Shown here piece by piece: positions 55,670 through 64,000 of a DNA stretch of 64,000 nucleotides. Under the pieces are notes generated by a model, which ran no database searches, had not been told where the DNA came from, and was given only the letters and a program-made list of their open reading frames with translations. The DNA is from Tortispora ganteri (Eukaryota), in contig PPNB01000020.1 in NCBI GenBank assembly GCA_003707115.1, positions 62,001 through 126,000 of the forward strand, given 5' to 3'. Every line of letters starts with the position of its first letter. The first letter of the stretch is position 1. A program made the position numbers and the translations under genes.

Positions 55670-56098
55670 ATGAGTCAAAATCATAAAGCTTTCAAAGACG
55701 CGTTTGCGTTGTTCGACAAACGTGGTAAAGGCCGTGTTACAGCAGACCTGCTAGCTGATTTATTACGAGCATGTGGTCAAAACCCTACATTAGCTGAAGT
55801 CAAAGAGCTTCAGTCTAATATTGAAGAGGATTTTGATTTCGAAACTTTCCTCGGAATTCTGAACAGGCCTGGAGGGTTTCGCCAACCTGGCGAACCAGAA
55901 GAATATACAAAGGGATTTGAAGTATTTGATAAATCTGGCACTGGTATGATCGGTGTTGGTGAACTAAGATACGTATTAACATCTCTTGGTGAGCAGTTAA
56001 CTAATGAAGAAGTTGATGAATTGCTTAAGGGTGTGACTATATCGAAGGACGGCAATGTCAATTACTCTGAATTTGTCAAGATGGTGCTTGCCAATTAG
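55670..56098 (+). CDS. MLC1: Myosin essential light chain (Mlc1/Cdc4)
   Basis: FKDAFALFDKRG.G, LLRACGQNPTLAE, GFEVFDK.GTG.IGVGELRYVLTSLGE.LT.EEVDELLK. First ATG is at 55670. Confidence 0.95.
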   Translation: MSQNHKAFKDAFALFDKRGKGRVTADLLADLLRACGQNPTLAEVKELQSNIEEDFDFETFLGILNRPGGFRQPGEPEEYTKGFEVFDKSGTGMIGVGELRYVLTSLGEQLTNEEVDELLKGVTISKDGNVNYSEFVKMVLAN

Positions 56099-56534
56099 GA
56101 CGTCAGAATGGCATCAATATAGCATCTCATTTGAATTCAAATGTGTTAGAAGAATATAATATATAATAATAGCATTATATATCATGTATATACATTGAAG
56201 GTTGTCAATGTAATAAGCCGGTAGTTTTCGTTGTAGTGTATATTCGCTTTACTGACTTGAACCCCTAGCTGATCGTTATAATTTAGCCAATTTGCTTTAG
56301 AGATATCCGTTGCTGCACTACATTATGGTAATGACAGGAGATTGATAGCAACTATCACCAAATTGTATAAGTACGTAATAGGGCATTCTCTGTAACTCTA
56401 CACTATGCTTTAGAACAGCCTCGATTGTCTCGTAAGCATGTTCAACTAATGATAAGCAAATCAAAGCTAAGGTAATTACGCGTACAATTCAATGTATTAT
56501 AAGTATTATAAGAATAGAATAAGAATCGAAGCAG

Positions 56535-56847
56535 TTATTCCTTCTTCTCGGCTTTAGCGAGATATTCCATAATGAACTTCTCCTCGTCAGAGCTAGCAGC
56601 GTTCAATGGCGGATTGGGGCTCGCAGTGCTCTTCTTTCCAGAAGTACTTAGCACAATGGCGCCAGTAATTGTTGCCAGAGTAATGATTGATAGCTTTAGT
56701 TAAAGGTTAGTCGCAAAATGTTTCGTAGAAAGGGAAGCGGTTTCGGGATTGTTCGGAGATCCGTCTCAGGCAGTCTAACTGCATAATTATACTTACTTGG
56801 TGTGGATAAACATTGCGACCAAAAATATGATAAGCTCCTCCGGCCAT
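56535..56847 (-). CDS. ATP19: ATP synthase subunit k; exon 1 56847-56797, intron 56796-56694, exon 2 56693-56535
   Basis: Spliced product MAGGAYHIFGRNVYPHQ/LSIITLATITGAIVLSTSGKKSTASPNPPLNAASSDEEKFIMEYLAKAEKKE (69 aa) matches the subunit k pattern. Intron reads GTAAGT...GACTAAC...TAAAG. Confidence 0.92.
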
Positions 56848-57231
56848 TTTTTGTGATTCTAACTGTATATATAAAACTGATAAACTAGTTAACAGGAATT
56901 CAAGAGGATAGAAAAGGAATTGCTGGTGCAATGCTTAAAGCCGGGTAATATTGGTAAACTTTAGTGGTCTTTATTACCAATTCCGTTTACTTCTTAATCC
57001 TTGAACATTCAACTCGAGAAAAGTCATATCAAAAGCAATGACATGATTTTTCTTTATTTATCCCCCCCTTTTTACTGAATCAGACTAGTTTATCGCTAAT
57101 AGGATTATCGTCTACAACACTGACAGAGTTCTAGTTCACACTACAACAGGATATGGTGTCATACACTAACCTTAATTGAGTTATTTCATTATATATATAC
57201 AAGCGACTATTTTATTCATCTCCATTACGCA

Positions 57232-58140
57232 ATGAGTGACCAGAGACTTAATCAAGCTAGTGAAGATGGAAAGTTCCATCGTCAATCAGCTCAATTTCGA
57301 TATAGCATAGGCGACGATAAATATCCACCTGAGAAAGGAAGGTATATCTTGTACTACTCTCCTGTCTGTCCCTGGGCCGGCAGAACGCTCATATTCAGAA
57401 AGCTAAAAGGGCTAGAAGATGTGATCGATACTGTTCAAGTCAGTGAATATCTTGGAGCTGATGGGTGGTTTTTTACCGGAACTGACGGAAGCCCAGAATC
57501 TGATCCAAGATATGGTTTTAAGACCATAAAAGAACTCTACCATATGGTAGACCCTAACTATAATTTGCGATTCACTGTTCCTGTATTGTTCGATACTAAA
57601 ACTAAAACCATTGTAAACAATGAATCTTCGGAAATTATTCGCATGCTGAATTTTGGCTTCAAATCTGTCGGTGGTAATGACTTGGATTTTTATCCGGAGC
57701 AACTGCGCTCAGAGATCGATGAATTTAATGAACTGATCTATCACACCCTCAACAATGGTGTGTACAAGACTGGATTTGCAGAGACTCAAGAAGCTTATGA
57801 CGAGAATGTATATAAGATTTTTGAAACTCTGGACTATGTGGAGGAAAAACTTACGGGTAAGGATTACGTTATTGGTGACACACTTACTGAATCTGATGTT
57901 CGTCTCTTCGTTACTATTGCTCGTTTTGATTTGGCATATTTTACAATTTTCCGCTGCAATCTCAAAATGATTCGCTATGAGTACCCAAATATTGATCGTT
58001 GGTATCGAAATCTATATTATAATAATCCAGCCTTCAACGAAACAATCAATTTTGATCTGGTAAAGAGGGGATATGCGAAGACTAGATTTTTACCTGTTCC
58101 TGCAGGGCCAATTCCAGCTATTTTACCAAAGAGTCAGTAA
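57232..58140 (+). CDS. Omega/Xi-class glutathione transferase (glutathionyl-hydroquinone reductase, Ecm4/Gto-like)
   Basis: CPWA active site, FTVPVL.D.K..TIVNNESSEIIRM, NNGVYK.GFA..QEAY, LTE.D.RLF.TI.RFD..Y. Confidence 0.93.
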   Translation: MSDQRLNQASEDGKFHRQSAQFRYSIGDDKYPPEKGRYILYYSPVCPWAGRTLIFRKLKGLEDVIDTVQVSEYLGADGWFFTGTDGSPESDPRYGFKTIKELYHMVDPNYNLRFTVPVLFDTKTKTIVNNESSEIIRMLNFGFKSVGGNDLDFYPEQLRSEIDEFNELIYHTLNNGVYKTGFAETQEAYDENVYKIFETLDYVEEKLTGKDYVIGDTLTESDVRLFVTIARFDLAYFTIFRCNLKMIRYEYPNIDRWYRNLYYNNPAFNETINFDLVKRGYAKTRFLPVPAGPIPAILPKSQ

Positions 58141-59830
58141 ATAGCATTTTTGTATAGTTTTCTCTTGCTCCGTGCGAGATAATATCAAGTCTTCTTCTGT
58201 AATCCTTAGACTCCTTTGTCGATTTTAAATTATCTTGTATATATTTGTACTCAATGGAGTTTTTGTCCAAGACATTCGGAAGTTTTCCCAAATACTTTGT
58301 CATTAATTCGTCCTGAATTGAATTCATTGACCATCTGGTCCGTATATTAGCCTCTTCTATGCTCCATTGGAAGACTTTTGTCAAATTGTTCCATTCAGAT
58401 ACAAGATGCGGGTCGGAATTCCGTATATCCAGCAGATTCAGTGGAGCGGCACCATGAAATGTTTGTCTAGCATTCACAATACAGGCAACCTCTCGCATAG
58501 GTTTTGTTATTTTTCCACCGGTTACCTCAAGACATTTAGACCATAATATTTGAAGAATATCAGTCCAACTATCGTAATGAGAAAGATATGCTGTTGTTTT
58601 TAGAACAATTTCGTAGGTAGACCTACCATGTTTTGTATTCACACAGCCCAATAAACCCGCCATGTGATCAACACGCCCAGTCTCACTAAGTGCTTTCAAA
58701 AACAAATTAACAAATCTACTATGCAGACCTGAGTTCTTGATCATAGCCCAAGCATCACTGATCTGTCTGCGTGAAAGAGCTATGGCTACTTGTGTTTGCA
58801 GTAAAAGTTTCTGATAAGTTTTCTGATCTCCGATTTTAGCAACTAAAGATGCATATGCCTCGGATAGAAGAGTTTCATTAGAGTGCTCTGAAAGTACTTT
58901 GTATATATGTCGAGTGAATAACATAGAGAAGGGCAAGTTTCTGTTGAGGCCTTCAAATATACAAGCGGCTTGCAGATCGGGATTCTCTAACACTTTTATG
59001 GCTATTTCCCAAGTCATATGGTCTGCAAGAACTTTATAACGATCAAAGAGTGATATCCACTTTATTGCGTGCTGATATCTGCTTGTGAGGGGTTGTGAAA
59101 TGCTTGCTCTATGATGCAGTGAATTAAAGGCCAGGTTGAGGCAGTCGGTTGTGAGAGGTATCTGTGTTGAATTAGTCAGTTTTTCAATAATTATAAAACA
59201 AGAGAATATGTCATAAGCTCTTGAGAAATAGTCCAGACCAAGTATATAAAGGTCTGTAGTCATGTAGGGGACGTATAATGGATTGTCAGAAATGAAGAGG
59301 TCGCACATGAATAGGTATATCTGACCATTAGGTATATTGCTTATATCGTTCTTCATATAACGCTTTGATGTAATAGTGTATACATAGTCATATAAAGATT
59401 GTTTATTTATTGCAGCAAGTTTCGGCACTGAATTATAGTCCCAGACTCTGTGTGGATCAAAAGGTCTTAGTTTAGGGAGAACAGACGAGGCAGTAGTTAC
59501 TGGCAATTTGCGTAGCATTTGGAGAATTTGGGGAGCGAAATAGTCCGGTGAAAATTCTTGCTTTTGAAACTGGTCTCTTTCTTTAAATGTGTCGCTGTAT
59601 TTGATGTAAGTAGACGGGAATGCATTAGAGGCAAGCGATCGTGCTGCCGGTGGTACTTCTATGGAAGACATTTTGTATCGACTGTGTTTTGCAATGTGAG
59701 AGGTCGCTAGCGACTGTTTGTCAGAAGATAAGTCGTATTTAATCCAGTGAGCAAATAAAGGACCATATAAACCAGATATGAGATCATTCTTTTTCAATTT
59801 ATGGTAATTCCGTATTGATCTTTTGATCAT
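58118..59830 (-). CDS. AEP3: Mitochondrial PPR protein, Aep3-like
   Basis: Presequence-like N-terminus. The segment LYDYVYTIT...NGQI...LF..DNP..VP..T..Y....YFS...D..SC...ADHMTW aligns by recall with yeast Aep3. Confidence 0.7.
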   Translation of the reverse strand: MIKRSIRNYHKLKKNDLISGLYGPLFAHWIKYDLSSDKQSLATSHIAKHSRYKMSSIEVPPAARSLASNAFPSTYIKYSDTFKERDQFQKQEFSPDYFAPQILQMLRKLPVTTASSVLPKLRPFDPHRVWDYNSVPKLAAINKQSLYDYVYTITSKRYMKNDISNIPNGQIYLFMCDLFISDNPLYVPYMTTDLYILGLDYFSRAYDIFSCFIIIEKLTNSTQIPLTTDCLNLAFNSLHHRASISQPLTSRYQHAIKWISLFDRYKVLADHMTWEIAIKVLENPDLQAACIFEGLNRNLPFSMLFTRHIYKVLSEHSNETLLSEAYASLVAKIGDQKTYQKLLLQTQVAIALSRRQISDAWAMIKNSGLHSRFVNLFLKALSETGRVDHMAGLLGCVNTKHGRSTYEIVLKTTAYLSHYDSWTDILQILWSKCLEVTGGKITKPMREVACIVNARQTFHGAAPLNLLDIRNSDPHLVSEWNNLTKVFQWSIEEANIRTRWSMNSIQDELMTKYLGKLPNVLDKNSIEYKYIQDNLKSTKESKDYRRRLDIISHGARENYTKMLFTDSLVK

Positions 59831-59968
59831 TAAAGTGGAAGTGAATAATGCCGTTATAGGTGTGTCGGGAGGGGATTAAATTGTGTAAGCTCTCTACAGT
59901 TTTTTCACATTTTTTCCCTTTCTTTTCCCGACCGCGATTTTCTTATCGATTTCGTGAATTCCACGATA

Positions 59969-60200
59969 ATGTATGCTAATACGAACGGATCCGAAAAGCC
60001 GATATCAATACAATACATTTGCGCCAGCTGTGCGTCAAATGTCACTTTGACTAAAGGTGATCCAGTTAGATGCAAAGAGTGCGGTCACCGTGTATTATAC
60101 AAGCAAAGAACGAAGAGAATGAGTAAGTATTGCGATAACACCAATTTTCAGCGCTTAATATATATGCTAACATTTATTAGTTCAATTTGAAGCCAGGTAA
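59969..60200 (+). CDS. RPC10: RNA polymerase I/II/III shared subunit Rpb12; exon 1 59969-60122, intron 60123-60180, exon 2 60181-60200
   Basis: YICASC...[19 protein letters not shown]; intron GTAAGT...GCTAAC...TTAG restores the conserved end IQFEAR*. Confidence 0.95.
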
Positions 60201-60290
60201 ATAAAGATAATCAATATAAAAAACAGGCAATAAACGCAAAAGTCATATCTCTGCGTTTGCAAATCTGTATATTTCCTTGTTATTAGGTTT

Positions 60291-60947
60291 TCACGAAATC
60301 ATCGCCTTAAGCTCCTCTTTAGATTTATTAAAAATTAGCAACGATTCAACTTTATTCACATTTTCTTTCAGCCAGTTTCTTCTTTCGCTTGTAGTCAAGA
60401 ACTTCTTAATGAGATTCAGCTTTGTCCTGTCGATGTTGCACTGCCTGAGCAGATCAACCACTGTGTTTTCATCGACATCATCTGCAATACACTCTTCTGT
60501 GTAAATATTTTCATCAAAGAACGTTACTTGTTTGTGAGGTTTTGTTTCTTTATATTCACGCGCCGTTTTAAGTATTCTTTTCCTCACCCATCGCCTTCGT
60601 CGAACAAATGACCTGAAAGCCTTGTACTCACCGTGCCATCCTGTCCGATAAAATCCAACATTGTACATCCAGCCCTGATCATCAATATCTCCTATCATAT
60701 CAATATACCATGTACTCCATTCCCATTCCCATTTACCATTAGGTACCTGTGCCTCACTTAAACTGGCTCCAACTTCTTCTCCTGACTCGTTGCACCATGC
60801 TTTCGGATCCCATGCATAAAGCAGCCCATCGCTGAACATACCCGTGCCAAACAGGAATGTCCCGCGCTGATTCTCAATTATAACTTCATACTTTTCCTGT
60901 TTCTCAGGGTCACTTTCTTCTGCAGCAAGATTCTCAAGTTCAATCAT
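60291..60947 (-). CDS. SPO73: Dysferlin-domain-only protein Spo73/Mug65
   Basis: IIENQRG.FLFG...FS...L...DP..W, W.W.W..WYIDM.GD.DDQGW.Y, WHG....RSFVRRRRWVRKR; no TM. Confidence 0.8.
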   Translation of the reverse strand: MIELENLAAEESDPEKQEKYEVIIENQRGTFLFGTGMFSDGLLYAWDPKAWCNESGEEVGASLSEAQVPNGKWEWEWSTWYIDMIGDIDDQGWMYNVGFYRTGWHGEYKAFRSFVRRRRWVRKRILKTAREYKETKPHKQVTFFDENIYTEECIADDVDENTVVDLLRQCNIDRTKLNLIKKFLTTSERRNWLKENVNKVESLLIFNKSKEELKAMIS

Positions 60948-61119
60948 TGGACATCATGCGTAACATCTGAAAGTAAATTCAAGGCTCGTTCGTTTTATAT
61001 CCCGTATAATTGCTTACACTATTGGGAACTATCAGTGTTCAATCGGCTGCCGCCTACGTCGCCGTTCGCTGTACACCCGATTGCTTTCTGAAATTCGAAA
61101 CATAATATTACTATACAAT

Positions 61120-62886
61120 CTATATGCATTCGTATGCCTTAATCGGAACCATACCGCCATTCCGATTGCCTTCAGCGTCTCTATGACCGGCCGTATACCC
61201 GCCATTTCCTCCATTACTCTCGGATTTCACATCATTCAAGATCCCATCATTCAACTGTAAAAACATCTCAGGAATTGGTGAAATTTCCGATGCCGAGCAA
61301 TCAACATGGTGCCGCAAGACACCATGTACTGAGATGATCTGTTGTCTTAAGTATTGCACTTGATTATTCAGATTTTCATTCTCCATAGTATAATACTCCA
61401 GCTGTTTCTGTAGACCAGCTAGCCATTCCTTCTTCCGCTGGCGACATTTATGCGCTGCAACACGATTGCGCTCAAGAAATACTTTTCTCTTGCTTTCATC
61501 CACGTCTGCGCCGTTGTCTCGCCGTTTCTTCCTCCCCTTACCAGAATCCTTAGGACGCACTTCACGAAACACACCCTGGTCAGAAGGTTTCACGTCTCCT
61601 TCAACAGAAAAGTCTTTTCTTTTGCGAGTACGAGAGCTAGACCTTGTTTTTAGGCTTTCAGGCATCCGGAGCATGCCGATCCCATTTCCATTGGACTTCT
61701 CCACATTGGGGCCTAGAGCATGTGTGGCAGCAGCTATATTAGAATCAGAGCCAACCTTTATAGGATCAATGCCGGATGAAAGATACCTGTTTGGCCCATT
61801 GTTCTGTGGTATGATACCTGCCTTACCATATATATTGTTATTAGTAACTTGAGCCGCATTGAACTGGTCAGGTCTAGCAACAGAAACTGAGGCAGGCTGT
61901 GAATGCTTCGAATACTGATCATGCGGTAAAGCCTGATGTTTGATCTTATTCAATGGCTGTAGCGGCGGTTGCGAATGCGAATGCGCTTGTTGCGGTGTAT
62001 GGGATTGCTGAATTTGGGTCTGATCTTGATTTTGATCCTGGCTTTTACCTTGAGTCTGGTTTTGGTTCTCACTTTTAATCTGATCTTGGACTGGAATAGA
62101 AGTATTGTCATGGTTTCCATTGTGATCGGCATTCTGAAGACCGTTTGACTGGTGATCGTGGGCACGAACGTAATTCTGATCTGAATGATGGGTATTCGAA
62201 TTCACCTGAACTTGTCCTTGCAGTTTAGACAATTTGGAATGTTTGCTATCAGACGCACGTACGTCAACTGGTTTATCGACCACAGATGCGTTTACTTGAG
62301 AATGTTGTTTTGCGTTATTGAAGTTTGGAGGAATAGAGAAGTAACCTGAAGGGGTAATCGGACCATCGATACCAAGCATAGCTACAGTTGCGGGTGATGG
62401 TAACACACCTGGAAAAAGAGATGAAAGAGTGCCTGGGATGCCAGGAGTGAGTCCAGTTCTCATTCCACTTTCTTGGGGTGTTATATCTGTCCGCATGAGG
62501 TTGTGAGTCAGTGGAGATGACAGCTGAGAGTTCGGGAATAGGTTAAGTAGTGGCCCGCCACTAGGTTGCGAAGAGTTATTGACATCAGAAGTAAGGTAAT
62601 TAGGTGATAAGGTGCCTGAGCGTAAGTTCAACCAAGCACTAGGCGTTGGAGGGGCAGATCCCATGAGCATAGCAGGGCCAGGCGTGGTTCCGGTGCCGGT
62701 TCCGTTATTAATGTTACCAGTTCCTGTAGAATTGGTACCTACCTGGGAACCAGCAGCAGGTATCGCATCTTGGATTCCAGATAAGGCTGTTGGTGTAATT
62801 TTGCCGATTGTCATAGGCGGGCCGGAGGGTCCGGTAGATTCACCAGATCGGCGCGAAAACGACTCCTCGAAAGGGTTTGGTTCCAT
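61120..62886 (-). CDS. ATF/CREB bZIP transcription factor (Atf1/Sko1 family)
   Basis: N-terminal EPNPFEESF, LRSG.LSP..L, TP.ESG.RTGLTPG and bZIP KRKVFLERNRVAAHKCRQRKKEWL...H..C. First ATG is at 62886. Confidence 0.92.
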   Translation of the reverse strand: MEPNPFEESFSRRSGESTGPSGPPMTIGKITPTALSGIQDAIPAAGSQVGTNSTGTGNINNGTGTGTTPGPAMLMGSAPPTPSAWLNLRSGTLSPNYLTSDVNNSSQPSGGPLLNLFPNSQLSSPLTHNLMRTDITPQESGMRTGLTPGIPGTLSSLFPGVLPSPATVAMLGIDGPITPSGYFSIPPNFNNAKQHSQVNASVVDKPVDVRASDSKHSKLSKLQGQVQVNSNTHHSDQNYVRAHDHQSNGLQNADHNGNHDNTSIPVQDQIKSENQNQTQGKSQDQNQDQTQIQQSHTPQQAHSHSQPPLQPLNKIKHQALPHDQYSKHSQPASVSVARPDQFNAAQVTNNNIYGKAGIIPQNNGPNRYLSSGIDPIKVGSDSNIAAATHALGPNVEKSNGNGIGMLRMPESLKTRSSSRTRKRKDFSVEGDVKPSDQGVFREVRPKDSGKGRKKRRDNGADVDESKRKVFLERNRVAAHKCRQRKKEWLAGLQKQLEYYTMENENLNNQVQYLRQQIISVHGVLRHHVDCSASEISPIPEMFLQLNDGILNDVKSESNGGNGGYTAGHRDAEGNRNGGMVPIKAYECI

Positions 62887-64000
62887 TTGAGAAAGTTTCA
62901 AAATGAAAAAAACAATAAATACAAAGTAGAAATATGATCAATGAGATTTTTTAATGAAACCTCTAACGAATTCAAACAAGAAGTTGCGTCTGGGTGTGAT
63001 CCACTAGTAGCGGGGTAAACAGGTGCAGGCGGCGTTGCACGGCGTGAAGATCTTTACGGCTATGCGAAAAGCGTGAGAAACGAAAAAGATATATGTTATG
63101 TGATGTTCTGAGTGTTACCACTTTAATTTGTTGATCGATATTGCTCAACCGAGACTATCAGGCGGGATATAGTATAAATGTCCGGCTCCGGTATATATAG
63201 GCGTTGAAAGCGCAGGCGGATCGCTTGAATCTCTAGCGCTTAAACAAGACCAACGAAAAAGAAATAAAGTTACAAGTTTGAAAGTTTATATTTAGAGGAG
63301 ATGAATTAGAGCGCAAGAAAGATAACTCAGATAAAATGTCAATTTCGCAATCGTGTGAGTTATGGCGCGGGTTTGGAAAGGTAATAGATCGAAGTTAAGG
63401 AACCGATCGATGTCACTTCTTTCGCAGGTCTGGACCGCACAGAGTAAGCTTAAAGAAGTCGTCATAGCGCTGGTTCTTTTTCCAGATCTAGGGTTATTGG
63501 TATAATTCAATGTAGGTTGGTAGTTAAGCCATGTGAAGTTTACCAAAAGAAGGTCAATGACCTTTTGTAGAGTATTTAAGTTGCAGTCATCTGCATCTGC
63601 TCATATTCTGAAGTAAGTCGGTTTGCAGGAGGAACAATGGACATTTTGTGTTCTTTAGACAACAAAGGATTGATCAGTGCTCGAAACTACATCATCAGTA
63701 TAAATTGAAATAATTTGTAATTTATCATTATGATCCTCCAGAACTGCTTTAAGTAATTCAACTACTTAAACTAGTTCAGTTGTTGTTTAAACGAATAACA
63801 GATCAAGAAATCTATGTATCGGGCATCCGCCGCTCCCAAAACAGGTAATTTTGTACTAACGTCAAGGGCCTGAAAAAATTAAACATCTCTCACATGACCT
63901 CTGGCAAGCGGCCAGACAAGAAATTGTTAAATAATTCTCATCGAAGTACAATAGTGATACATTTTAAAGTTATTTAAGCGCTCGTTGCATTTATTTCGTA

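Noticed and set aside
56694..56796. ATP19 intron as a snoRNA host
   Set aside because: No C box (RTGATGA)/D box pair or H/ACA layout was visible.
61032..61214. 60-aa ORF overlapping the bZIP 3' end as a frameshift extension
   Set aside because: No slippery site or homology; the bZIP ORF ends normally at 61120.
62900..64000. 1.1-kb gene-free end of the window including an 84-aa ORF (63292-63546)
   Set aside because: The ORF has a TTG start and no motifs; the region fits the long promoter/leader of a stress transcription factor.

Overview
Gene-dense, intron-poor nuclear DNA from a budding yeast. CTG codes Leu at conserved positions, so it uses the standard code. The gene content (queuine TGT, FarA/Ctf1-type factor, SidH-like hydratase) suggests an early-diverging Saccharomycotina lineage; this is inference. 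The window holds about 33 protein genes, mostly housekeeping: CHS2 (5'-truncated), MSB2, AFG1, two M28 aminopeptidases, TGT, enoyl-CoA hydratase, SNU71, MRP21, MCD4, CTF1/FarA, a LysM protein, CDC21, RTR1, MSP1, BBC1, MRP51, an R3H protein, HRQ1, PGI1, an AP beta-adaptin, HOS3, PEX30-like, CAR1, a short SEC39-like ORF, UBC6, ERG2, LCL3, SAM50, PAM16, CSM1, MLC1, ATP19, an omega-GST, AEP3, RPB12, SPO73 and an Atf1/Sko1 bZIP. There is one intron-containing tRNA-Leu(CAA). Three spliced genes (SAM50, ATP19, RPB12) were rebuilt by hand because the ORF track misses or mis-starts them. No mobile element, CRISPR array or clear-cut novel system is evident. The best leads are: a TGT-to-aminopeptidase junction of only 13 nt (possible dicistron), a half-length Sec39, a block of 2-3 orphan ORFs at 40.9-44.5 kb, a true coding overlap between the GST and AEP3, and several promoter motifs. 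All homology calls come from recalled motifs, not database searches.
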